A DNA stretch of 46,577 nucleotides from Acidobacteriota bacterium. GTDB taxonomy: Bacteria; Acidobacteriota; UBA6911; RPQK01; JBHHYX01. The notes under the pieces are model-generated. The model saw nothing but the letters and a program-made list of their open reading frames with translations, was not told the DNA's origin and did not search any database. Positions 17,567 to 25,623 of this stretch are shown piece by piece (position 1 is the stretch's first letter; each line of letters opens with the position of its first letter). Made by a program: the position numbers and the translations under genes. The DNA lies in contig JBHHYX010000002.1 in assembly GCA_046757765.1 (NCBI GenBank), positions 1 through 46,577 on the forward strand, in the 5' to 3' direction.

Positions 17567-19057
17567 TCAAAAGAGTGCGACCCGGAAAATGCGAGCCATG
17601 ATCAGCAGAGCGCTTAGAGAGGTAAAGACAGCCAGACTGCCCCAGGCCAGCCAGGTTTCGATCCTGGAGGGATAAAAGAGCCTGTCTTCTTTGGGGATGA
17701 CGGCGAAACAGTAGTAGAGATTGAGGAAAAAAATGACCGGTGCCACGAAAAATGCCAATGCCGAAGCCACCAGCACCAGCCACACTGGCCTTGGTGCTCC
17801 TGCGATAATCGCCACCGCGGCGAAGAGCGAAAAGAGCATCGTCATCCTGTAGATATTGTATTCGGAATACCAGGTTCTTTTCTGTTTCGGCGTGAGATCT
17901 TCCGTCGAGGTTCCGAGCAGCGCCGTTGACCTGAACAGGTTTCGGCAACAGGCGCCGACCACCCTGGGCCAACCGTCAAAATAGTTGAAGGCGGTCGAAT
18001 AGGTGGCGGCAAAAGAACCGAGCAGAAACAAGGGCATCATCCAGGGGCTGGCCTGGGTGAAAATCTTTGCAATCTGACCGATCACCTCTCGGCCTTTGAC
18101 TTCGCTCCCAGGGATCCAAACCGCCGCCAGCAGCAGAAATATACAAGCGATCAGGAACGATATGACGTGCCCGTGCCGGAAATCCCACAGACCAATGATG
18201 AACCACCTTCTACAATAGTGGCGGGCGCGAGGAGGTAGTCGCAGGGTATCCACGGCAAGGTCCCTCTTACTTGAAGTCAGGGGGTTGAAGGAACGGGCGA
18301 GACCCATCTCTTCAAGGTGCTCTCTGATGCGGGCCATGCCAGCCTTCTTTGCCTTTCCCCACTCCGAAGCCTGCAGGGAGACGTCGATCCCGGTGGGCAG
18401 CAACCCCAGGAACCCGGCCACGATCAGCCAGGAGCCAGCAGGGGTCTCAAACTGGAAGAAATGAGCCAGGGACGAAAGCGGAGCGGGTTCGACCAGGTAG
18501 ATGGCCACGGCTGAAAGGCAAAGCACGCCGGCTGAAATCTTCGCCACCAGTTCGACTGCCAGATACTTTCCGCTGAAGAGGATCCCCACCGATAGGGTCC
18601 CCAGCAGGAACCCATAGAGAGAAAGACTCAGCTGAAGTCCCATGAACTGGGAGAAGAAATAGAACAAAACGGCGGAGGCAGCGACCAGTCTTCCCGCCTG
18701 GCCAAGCGCGCACTGGAAGAGGGTGGTGATCAGGACATACCAGAGAGGCCACTTTTTCCAAGCGGTCGAGTAAGCGTCCAAAAGGCTCTTCCCGGTGGCA
18801 TGAGTGAACCGGAAAGCCATTTCGAAACCATAGTACTTGAATAAGTATGCGACCGGGATGCACCAGAGCAGAGCGTACCCAAACCGCGCTCCCGCAACGG
18901 GAGCCGTAATGAGATGGCTGGTCCCGATGCCTGTCATCATCAGGATGACGCCGGGGCCAAAATGCTTCATGAGACCGGCCAGATTGACCTTTGGAATCTC
19001 GAGAGCCTCGAGTTCTTCTATTCCACGAGGGCGACTGGGGAGTGCTGCTTCCGCCAT
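17567..19057 (-). CDS. NRAMP-like (APC superfamily) membrane transporter lacking the canonical DPGN motif
   Basis: The product has about 11-12 TM helices. Its N-terminal block FGPGVILMMTGIGTSHLITAPVAGARFGYALLW aligns with NRAMP FLGPG...DPGN...GA.FGY.LLW, but GTSH replaces DPGN. Confidence 0.6.
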   Translation of the reverse strand: MAEAALPSRPRGIEELEALEIPKVNLAGLMKHFGPGVILMMTGIGTSHLITAPVAGARFGYALLWCIPVAYLFKYYGFEMAFRFTHATGKSLLDAYSTAWKKWPLWYVLITTLFQCALGQAGRLVAASAVLFYFFSQFMGLQLSLSLYGFLLGTLSVGILFSGKYLAVELVAKISAGVLCLSAVAIYLVEPAPLSSLAHFFQFETPAGSWLIVAGFLGLLPTGIDVSLQASEWGKAKKAGMARIREHLEEMGLARSFNPLTSSKRDLAVDTLRLPPRARHYCRRWFIIGLWDFRHGHVISFLIACIFLLLAAVWIPGSEVKGREVIGQIAKIFTQASPWMMPLFLLGSFAATYSTAFNYFDGWPRVVGACCRNLFRSTALLGTSTEDLTPKQKRTWYSEYNIYRMTMLFSLFAAVAIIAGAPRPVWLVLVASALAFFVAPVIFFLNLYYCFAVIPKEDRLFYPSRIETWLAWGSLAVFTSLSALLIMARIFRVALF

Positions 19058-19131
19058 GCTGGAACTCTTCCGCCTACCGAATCTCCGGGCAATCACGCGA
19101 ATCCCGGCCTGGTTGAATGGCCACCTGGCGC

Positions 19132-20106
19132 TCAGCTTCCTTTGGCGATACGAGCCCTCAATTTCACCAGCGCCAGGACGGCACTGAGAGTCGGTGTGGG
19201 GACTCCCACCAGCTTTCCCATCTCGCAGACGGCAGCGACCAGAGCGTCGATTTCCATGGGCCGGCCCAGTTCAAGATCTTGAAGCATGGAAGTCTTGTGG
19301 GGGCCGACCGCGGCAGCCCAGCCGATTCGCGTATCCACGTCGACCGGAAACTTGACGCCCAGACTTGCGGCCACCGCTCCGGCTTCCATCATCATGTGGC
19401 GGATTACGGCTCGAGTGCCGGCATCCCGGGTCATCTGTTCCAGAGTCGCGTGGGTCAATACGCTCACCGGGTTGAAAGAGGCATTCCCCCACAACTTGAG
19501 CCAGATGTCGTCGCGGATTTTCGCGCGCACGGGCGCCTTGAGACCCGAGCTTGTCAAAGCCTTGCTGAGCGCCACCACGCGTGGGGTCTTCACCCCATCC
19601 GGCTCTCCCAGCATGAATCTTCTCCCCGACAAGTGTCTGACAACGCCAGGCTCGACAATCCGGCACGACGGATAGACGACGCACCCAATAGCCCGGTGGG
19701 GTCCCAGGCCATCCCAAATCCGCCCACCGGGATCGACTGTCTCCAGACGCTGGTTTTCCCACCGGCCTTTCAGTTTGTGAAAATACCACCAGGGTATGCC
19801 GTTTTGGGCAGTGACCACGGGCGTCTCCGCGGAGAGAAGCGGCCTCATCTGGTCCACAATCGGGCCAACCGAGTGGGCTTTCAGCGTCACAATGACATAA
19901 TCCTGGGGACCGGCCTCTGAAGGGTCATCGGTACAGGGCACTTGAACGACCCTGCGTTCGCCGCCGATCAGCAGGGTCAAGCCCTGACTCCGCATGGCTT
20001 CCAAATGAGGTCCACGGGCGATCAGCGTGACCTCGAATCCGGCCCCGGCGAGTTGAGCGCCCAGGTAACCCCCAATTGCCCCCGCCCCGTAAATGCAAAT
20101 CTTCAT
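19132..20106 (-). CDS. panE: 2-dehydropantoate 2-reductase
   Basis: MKICIYGAGAIGGYLGAQLA is a Rossmann motif, and length and pattern fit the ApbA/PanE family (VTLKAH...NGI...). Confidence 0.85.
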   Translation of the reverse strand: MKICIYGAGAIGGYLGAQLAGAGFEVTLIARGPHLEAMRSQGLTLLIGGERRVVQVPCTDDPSEAGPQDYVIVTLKAHSVGPIVDQMRPLLSAETPVVTAQNGIPWWYFHKLKGRWENQRLETVDPGGRIWDGLGPHRAIGCVVYPSCRIVEPGVVRHLSGRRFMLGEPDGVKTPRVVALSKALTSSGLKAPVRAKIRDDIWLKLWGNASFNPVSVLTHATLEQMTRDAGTRAVIRHMMMEAGAVAASLGVKFPVDVDTRIGWAAAVGPHKTSMLQDLELGRPMEIDALVAAVCEMGKLVGVPTPTLSAVLALVKLRARIAKGS

Positions 20107-20143
20107 GGCGCTTCGTTCAAACGGCTCCTCGCCGGCTCCTAGA

Positions 20144-20222
20144 CTGTAAACTGAACCGAAGCGTCAGCGCCCGGCCCAATCCGGATGGCCACTCACTTAC
20201 ATTCGTGGTTCAGTGACCTGGC
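20144..20222 (+). repeat. Repeat family B copy 1 (about 80-nt hairpin element)
   Basis: ctgtaaactgaaccgaagcgtcagcgcccggcccaatccggatggccactcacttacattcgtggttcagtgacctggcg is about 88% identical by eye to 28405-28485. The ends are inverted-complementary. Confidence 0.7.
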
Positions 20223-20343
20223 GGCAAAATTGGCGTAATCCCTGACGATGTATGCCCCGCTGCCCTGCATTCACACTGTTGTCAGAACCTAACAGCTGAC
20301 AACGGCCGAAGCGCGAAATTCCAAATTATTCTTGGTTGGCTGC

Positions 20344-21873
20344 TTAGACCAACCCGAGCTTCTCCGCCAAGCCGATGCGCTGCAATTTTCCAGTCGGTCC
20401 CTTGGGGATTTCCCCCACAAAGACGATACGCCGGGGCACCTTGAAATCGGCCAGTCGAGCCCGCGCAAAGTTTCGGATGTCGGCCTCGGTCGGCGGGGCA
20501 TCCGTGTCGGGCACGACGGCGGCGGCGACCTCCTCGCCCAGTTTCGCGTGGGGCATGGCGAAGGTGACAACCTGGACCACGGCAGGATGATCCATCAGCA
20601 CTTCATCCACTTCCCGAGGAGACACCTTCTCGCCGCCGCGGTTGATAATCTCCTTCAACCGACCGGTCAGGCGCAGGTAGCCCTCCCCGTCCATGACACC
20701 CTGGTCTCCCGTCCGAAACCAGCCTCTGCAAAAGGCCGCGGCATTGGCGCGCGGGTTGTTCTGGTAGCCTCTGGTCACGTTGTCTCCGCGGATCACCACC
20801 TCCCCCACCTCTCCGCCGGGCAGCAACCGGCCATCCTCGTCCATGATCGCCACTTCCGGGCCCGCCGCCAAGCCGACTGTGCCCGCTTTGCGCTCACGCG
20901 GGGGCAACGGGTTGCTGGTCATCTGATGGGCGGCTTCCGTCATACCGTAAGACTCGATGACCGGCGCCTGGAAGACTTCTTCCAGCCTTCGCAGAAGCTG
21001 TGGGGCCAGCGAAGCGGAGGAGGAGCGGATGAAGCGCAGCCGTCCGGCTTCGATGATGGCACGGTTCGGTCCGGCGCGACTCAGGATGGCCTGATGCATG
21101 GTCGGAACCGCCGTGTACCAGGAGGGGTCGGACTCTTTCATCCACCTGAAAAACTTCAACCCGTTGAAACTCGGAGTGCAAAACACGGAAGCTCCCGAAG
21201 CCAATGAGCTGGATACGGCCGCCATCAGCCCGTGGATGTGGAAAAGCGGCATCACATTCAAACAGCAGTCCTCCGGAGCCAGGGCCAGACTTTCTTTGAT
21301 GTGGGCGGCCGAAGCGCAGATGTTGGCATGGGTCAAGGGAACGATCTTGGGCCGCGATGTGGTACCGGAGGTGTGAAGCACCAAGGCCACATCGTCTGCC
21401 TCCGCCTCGCCCCCCTGAGACGCCCCCTTCCCCCCGCAGGGACCGACAAGATCAAACAGGCCACAGGGTCCAGAGACAGCTGGGCTCAGCTCCGCGACCG
21501 GGATGCCCAGTCTTTTGGCCGCCCCTCGAGCGGCAGTCGTGTTGCCGGCTTCCACCACCAGGAGTTTGGCCCTCAGGTCGGAAAGGTAGAATTCGAATTC
21601 GTCTGCTTTGTAGGCGGGATTGAGCGGAGCCGCCGTGGCTCCAGCCGCGATGGAAAGGAAAGCAGATGCCATCTCCGGTCCGTTTCGAATGACGATCGCC
21701 ACCGGGTCGTTTCGCCCAACCCCAAAGGTATTGAGCCTCCCGATAGTCCTCGCCACCTGTCTGCTCAGGTCGCCGTATCTCAGAGGTTGGCGGCCCGGTG
21801 CTCTGATGGCAACAGCCCCCTGCTCTCCCCGTTCAATGAGCTTGACCACCGTCCAGGCAACAGATCTCTTCAT
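20344..21873 (-). CDS. AMP-dependent acyl-CoA synthetase/ligase
   Basis: AMP-binding motif LHTSGTTSRPK, together with YGMTE, TGD, GRLKEIINRGGEKV and the C-terminal PKGPTGK. Confidence 0.9.
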   Translation of the reverse strand: MKRSVAWTVVKLIERGEQGAVAIRAPGRQPLRYGDLSRQVARTIGRLNTFGVGRNDPVAIVIRNGPEMASAFLSIAAGATAAPLNPAYKADEFEFYLSDLRAKLLVVEAGNTTAARGAAKRLGIPVAELSPAVSGPCGLFDLVGPCGGKGASQGGEAEADDVALVLHTSGTTSRPKIVPLTHANICASAAHIKESLALAPEDCCLNVMPLFHIHGLMAAVSSSLASGASVFCTPSFNGLKFFRWMKESDPSWYTAVPTMHQAILSRAGPNRAIIEAGRLRFIRSSSASLAPQLLRRLEEVFQAPVIESYGMTEAAHQMTSNPLPPRERKAGTVGLAAGPEVAIMDEDGRLLPGGEVGEVVIRGDNVTRGYQNNPRANAAAFCRGWFRTGDQGVMDGEGYLRLTGRLKEIINRGGEKVSPREVDEVLMDHPAVVQVVTFAMPHAKLGEEVAAAVVPDTDAPPTEADIRNFARARLADFKVPRRIVFVGEIPKGPTGKLQRIGLAEKLGLV

Positions 21874-22295
21874 ATCACTCAGTATTTCCTCTTCAAACCT
21901 CTCATGGTTGAACCCTCAACCCATCACCCAGGTCATCACCAGCCGGATGTCCCGCCCCAAGCGTCCGGCGGGACCGCAGGGTCCCGGGGAACTGAGCTCA
22001 TGCTCTCAGACGACAGCGAACCCAAATTGTGGAATGCTGAGCTGGAAATCCGATCACGTAAACAGTGTCAAAGATGCCCTGAATCTGTAGTTTTTTTGCC
22101 AGGACGGACCACAATCAGGTCGCATGACAAGAGGGCTTCCAGCCTTGGCATTCGCACGCTCAAGTATACATTATGAGGCCAGGAATTGAGCCTGGGTTCG
22201 CCGCCCAAGGTCGCAACTGTAAATAGTCAAAGATCAAAAGGGAGGCTTTGCCCCGTCCCGGCGGGGGATCGGTCCCGGGTCAGTGTGGGCCAGGC

Positions 22296-22679
22296 TCAAA
22301 GGCGCGCTATTTGCGGGAGGTGGTCGAAATGGTGGTCGCGGGCGTAGAGAACCAGGTTGTGCTGCAGGACCAAGGCGGCAATCCAGATATCATTGGTCGG
22401 GATTGGCGACCCCTGCTGGCGCAGCTGGCGATAGAGCCCCGCGTAGTGGTGAGTCGTCTGGTCGTCGGCGAACAGCACGTCAACACCGTCCTTCATGAGG
22501 AACTGGCGAAGGGCCCTCTCGTTTTGCACACCGTGACTGCCGACTGCAAATCCTGCTCTCAACTCCCCCAGGACGACGAAGGGCAAAAAGACATCCTCGG
22601 CCGTCTCCAGAGCCTGGACAACGCCACGGTGGCCACGACAGAAATCCGTGTATCGGTTGGTGTCGAGAGCGACTCTCAC
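22296..22679 (-). CDS. vapC: PIN-domain toxin VapC
   Basis: The 127-aa product starts MRVALDTN and has acidic PIN residues (LGEL, NDIWIAA). There is a 4-nt overlap with the upstream antitoxin gene. Confidence 0.9.
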   Translation of the reverse strand: MRVALDTNRYTDFCRGHRGVVQALETAEDVFLPFVVLGELRAGFAVGSHGVQNERALRQFLMKDGVDVLFADDQTTHHYAGLYRQLRQQGSPIPTNDIWIAALVLQHNLVLYARDHHFDHLPQIARL

Positions 22680-22918
22680 TTCCAGAGCTCCGGATCGATG
22701 GCGTGTTGATCCACAATCGCTTGATCAAAAGTCGGATCCTCCTTCCATCTCCCGGCCAGGTCGCTGAGGTCCCGGTAGCGTTGCGCCTGCCTGGAAAACC
22801 CCATGCCTCGAGCCAAGGCCTGGAGGGTGACCTCGTTGAGGCTCTTCTTCTCGACTTTGGCGCGTTCCCGCAGAGCTGTATCCAGCGCTGCGGGGACCTT
22901 CCGTAACGTATATTGCAT
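22676..22918 (-). CDS. vapB: VapB/FitA-like ribbon-helix-helix antitoxin
   Basis: MQYTLRKVPAALDTALRERAKVEKKSLNEVTLQAL is typical of an RHH antitoxin. The start is ATG 22918. The longer ORF reaching 23035 runs into a repeat copy. Confidence 0.8.
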   Translation of the reverse strand: MQYTLRKVPAALDTALRERAKVEKKSLNEVTLQALARGMGFSRQAQRYRDLSDLAGRWKEDPTFDQAIVDQHAIDPELWK

Positions 22919-22989
22919 GCAAATATTGTAGGCTCTCTCTTCAGCAGTTGCAAGCGAGCCCTGGGGCCTCAAAGTTGGGTCGGGCAGAC

Positions 22990-23176
22990 TGAGCCCGGAC
23001 TCTTCACCAGCTTTCTGCTGCGGCGCCGTTATCATCCGCGCTGGCTGCGTTGCCCACCCTCGGCCTCCTCGACGTAATGCCGACTACACCTCCGGGGGCC
23101 TCGGGCGTAACGCCTTGTCAGCGCGGCGCTTCCGACGCCTCGCGACGAAACCTGGTGCATAATCCGGGTTAGCCCA
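22990..23176 (-). mobile_element. Repeat family A copy (MITE-like), inverted orientation
   Basis: The reverse complement aligns along its length with 27078-27262, for example gcgccgcgctgacaaggcgttacgcccgaggccc...tacgtcgaggaggccgagggtgggcaacgcagccagcg. Termini are ggctaacccggattatgc / ctggtgaagagtccgggctcag. Confidence 0.65.
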
Positions 23177-23300
23177 GGCTTCCAGCCTGCAGACTGCGTC
23201 AGAGAGGTCCCGGTATGATGGAGCCGGATTTGCAGGTGCCTTTGTGGTATAAAAGTTTTCTGGGTAACAGGTTAAACACCATCCAAAGGAGAAAAGACCC

Positions 23301-24620
23301 ATGAGTAGCGTCGAGCCGGCCGTACAAAAGGATCCGGCTGCCTTGAGGGCGGCCCATCAGGAGTTCCTCTTTCCCTGTTTGAAACCCCTGTACCGCGAAC
23401 CGATCGTGCCTTCCCATGCTTCGGGAACCACGGTCGTCGACGTGGAAGGCAGGGAGTACCTCGACTTTTTTTCAGGCATATTGACCACTGCTCTGGGCCA
23501 CTGTCACCCGGCGGTTGTGGAGCGCGTCCGCGAGCAGGTGGGCCGTCTCGGGCACACCTCTACCCTCTACCTCACCGAGAATCAGATCCGGGTGGCGCAA
23601 AAGCTGTCCCGGATTTCACCGGGCGGGCTCAGGAGCTGTTTCTTTACCAACAGCGGAACGGAGGCGGTGGAAACCGCCGTCATGCTGGCCCAGCTTTACA
23701 CGGGACGAAGCGAGATCATCACACTGCGCCACGGCTATTCCGGACGCACCACTCTGGCCACCAACATGACCGCTCATGCGTCCTGGCGACCGCTACCGAC
23801 CTCAACCGCCGGTATCAAGCATGCTCTCTCTCCTTACATTTATCGCAGCCCTTTCGCTGGGTCCGAGGAAGAACAGGCGGAGCGTTTTGCTCAGGATGTC
23901 GAGGAGGTGATTGAGACGACCACGACCGGCCGCCCGGCGGCATTTTTTGCCGAGCCCATTCAGGGCGTGGGCGGTTACATCGTACCTCCTCGAGGGTATT
24001 TCCAAAGAGTGGCGGCCATCATCCGCAAGTACGGCGGCCTCTTCATTTCCGACGAAGTTCAAGCCGGATTTGGCCGAACGGGCGAAAAGTGGTTTGGAAT
24101 CGAACACTGGGAAGTCGAACCGGACATTATGGTCATGGCCAAGGGGATCGCCAACGGATTCCCGGTCGGCGCCACCATCACCCGCCCCGAAATTGCTCAG
24201 GCGTGGACGCCCAAGACCATCTCCACTTTCGGAGGAAACCCGGTTTCGATGGCCGCCGCCGATGCCACTCTGGAAGTAATGATTGCAGAGGATACGCCCC
24301 GGCGCTGTGCCCAGCGCGGTCGTCAACTCCGTCAGGGACTGGAAGTCCTCCAGCAAGGCCACAGCTGGATCGGGGAGGTGCGGGGAATGGGCCTCATGCA
24401 GGCCATCGAAGTGGTCGAGGACCGGGAAACCCGGAATCCAGCGCCCCAAAAAGCCCTGGAAGTCATCGAGGCGGCCAAGGAGGAGAGGCTGCTGGTGGGT
24501 CTGGGCGGACTGCACAATCACGTCATTCGACTGGGCCCATCCATGTTGGTGACGGAGGCCGAGGTCGACGAAGCTTTGAATCGCTTTGGCTGCGCCTTTC
24601 GCAAAGTCGACGCGGCTTGA
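23301..24620 (+). CDS. Class III pyridoxal-phosphate aminotransferase
   Basis: GHCHPAVV, FFTNSGTEAVE and DEVQAGFGRTG are present, with the PLP lysine in MVMAKGIANG. Confidence 0.9.
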   Translation: MSSVEPAVQKDPAALRAAHQEFLFPCLKPLYREPIVPSHASGTTVVDVEGREYLDFFSGILTTALGHCHPAVVERVREQVGRLGHTSTLYLTENQIRVAQKLSRISPGGLRSCFFTNSGTEAVETAVMLAQLYTGRSEIITLRHGYSGRTTLATNMTAHASWRPLPTSTAGIKHALSPYIYRSPFAGSEEEQAERFAQDVEEVIETTTTGRPAAFFAEPIQGVGGYIVPPRGYFQRVAAIIRKYGGLFISDEVQAGFGRTGEKWFGIEHWEVEPDIMVMAKGIANGFPVGATITRPEIAQAWTPKTISTFGGNPVSMAAADATLEVMIAEDTPRRCAQRGRQLRQGLEVLQQGHSWIGEVRGMGLMQAIEVVEDRETRNPAPQKALEVIEAAKEERLLVGLGGLHNHVIRLGPSMLVTEAEVDEALNRFGCAFRKVDAA

Positions 24621-24911
24621 GCTGCTCAGAACTCCCAACGGTCGCAGGTTCGGGTGCCCTCGTTGCATCCGGCGCGCCCCGCGGGGGCCTCGGGGAATTT
24701 TATGTCGGCCTCATTTCGCCAAGGCAACCGGAATGGCCGAAGTGGTGAGCGTCAGTGGCCACCGGCAAAATGGTAATGTGAGCGACGATACAGTGTCTTG
24801 AATCGCCGGGAGGCAAGCGTGGGCTTTTGCATCGCCAAGGAGAGCAGACGGGAGAAAACCCGCTCGACGCTGGAGCGCTTCTCATTGAATAATCTGGGTT
24901 AGACGAGATCA

Positions 24912-25067
24912 ATGATTGCCGGTCTTCCCTGGACATCATGGCTTCTTCTGATCGCCTCCGTCAGTCTCGGTCTCGCAATCACCCTTCGCTTCTACAGGGT
25001 TCATCGGCCCAACCCGCCTTCCTCGGACTCCGGCGCGAAGGGACGGCGCAAGAGCCGTTCAGATTGA
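24912..25067 (+). CDS. Hypothetical 51-aa single-pass membrane peptide (below the ORF-track cutoff)
   Basis: My own translation gives MIAGLPWTSWLLLIASVSLGLAITLRFYRVHRPNPPSSDSGAKGRRKSRSD, with one TM helix and a basic tail. The RBS is weak, and the stop abuts a repeat arm. Confidence 0.2.
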   Translation: MIAGLPWTSWLLLIASVSLGLAITLRFYRVHRPNPPSSDSGAKGRRKSRSD

Positions 25068-25186
25068 GTCTAATTCCCATCCGGAAAAGAATAAGTCATT
25101 GGAAACACGAATGTTAACAGGGCGCAATGAGAACTCGAAATTCCCAAGTGCCAACAAGTGCCAACTACTGAGGGCGTGGCGCCCGA

Positions 25187-25374
25187 CCCTCGACTGCAAG
25201 TCGAGGGGTTCTAATCTCGTCGACTCGAAGTCGACTGTGAGCCCGGAAACCGCCGGCTTCAGACGGCGGTTCTCCAAAGACAAGTTCTGAAAAACCCTTC
25301 GACTTCAGTCGGAGGATCTCCCTATCGCCCCCATTCGGGGACTTCGGGGACCTTCTCTTCGTCTGAAGACGAGG
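25187..25374. repeat. Cluster of short-loop palindromes sharing a TCGACT/AGTCGA core
   Basis: H1 25187-25207: 9-bp stem, loop GCA. H2 25219-25235: 7-bp stem, loop CGA. H3 25249-25270: 7-bp stem. H4 25296-25315. H5 25357-25374. H1, H2, H4 and H5 share C(T/C)TCG(A/T)CT...AG(T/A)CGA(G). Confidence 0.6.
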
Positions 25375-25481
25375 GGTTTCCACCATCCCCGAACGGGACA
25401 CTAATACCCAAGGTGGCTTGTCGATACGAGAACCGCAAATGCAAGAGCTGTTTGGGGTTTGGAACTTGGTCCTTGGAATTT

Positions 25482-25623
25482 CTAGTTCCCATCCTAGCTG
25501 CTAAGCTATGATTTCACATAGTTTCACATTTATTTACGAGTTTTGGGATGGGAACTAGACTAGTTCCCATCCCAAACGCTAAGCCACTATTACACAACTA
25601 GTTAATAGTCTTGGGATGGGAAC
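25482..25623. repeat. Two tandem AT-rich inverted-repeat units forming a perfect 35-bp palindrome at their junction
   Basis: Arms ctagttcccatcc (25482-25494, 25560-25572) and ggatgggaac(tag) (25546-25558, 25614-23) flank related AT-rich spacers. The palindrome TTTGGGATGGGAACTAG-A-CTAGTTCCCATCCCAAA spans 25542-25576. A fifth arm, ctaattcccatcc, is at 25070-25082. Confidence 0.75.

Noticed and set aside
17544-17972. N-terminal 143-aa extension of the SGNH hydrolase ORF
   Set aside because: The extension overlaps the 3' end of the upstream transporter gene in another frame. An internal ATG at 17543, followed by a TM anchor, gives a normal gene spacing of 23 nt.
20278-20303. Rho-independent terminator downstream of the acyl-CoA ligase (GTTGTCAG-N10-CTGACAAC)
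   Set aside because: The hairpin is present, but no U-tract follows it on the minus (transcribed) strand. I found no convincing intrinsic terminator anywhere in the window.
25145-25164. Sigma54 promoter on the minus strand (TTGGCACTTGTTGGCAC)
   Set aside because: It contains two TGGCAC (-24-like) elements, but no TTGC -12 element at the required spacing. It is better described as a tandem 10-mer repeat.
25187-25207. tRNA-like anticodon arm (loop CTGCAAG reads as GCA on plus, or TGC on minus)
   Set aside because: The stem extends to 9 bp, leaving only a 3-nt loop. No D-arm, T-arm (GTTCRANYC) or acceptor stem can be built on either strand.
25290-25400. tmRNA, or another classical ncRNA end, suggested by ggtttCCACCAtcccc and many hairpins
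   Set aside because: There is no tRNA-like acceptor or T-arm, no GGGG...TTCGAC 5' motif and no plausible tag-peptide reading frame ending in ALAA-stop. RNase P (GAGGAAAGTCC) and SRP motifs are also absent.
25482-25623. CRISPR array or integron attC sites
   Set aside because: The repeats alternate in orientation (forward, reverse, forward, reverse) instead of being direct repeats with unique spacers. The arms do not fit RYYYAAC/GTTRRRY attC cores. No cas or intI gene is present in the window.
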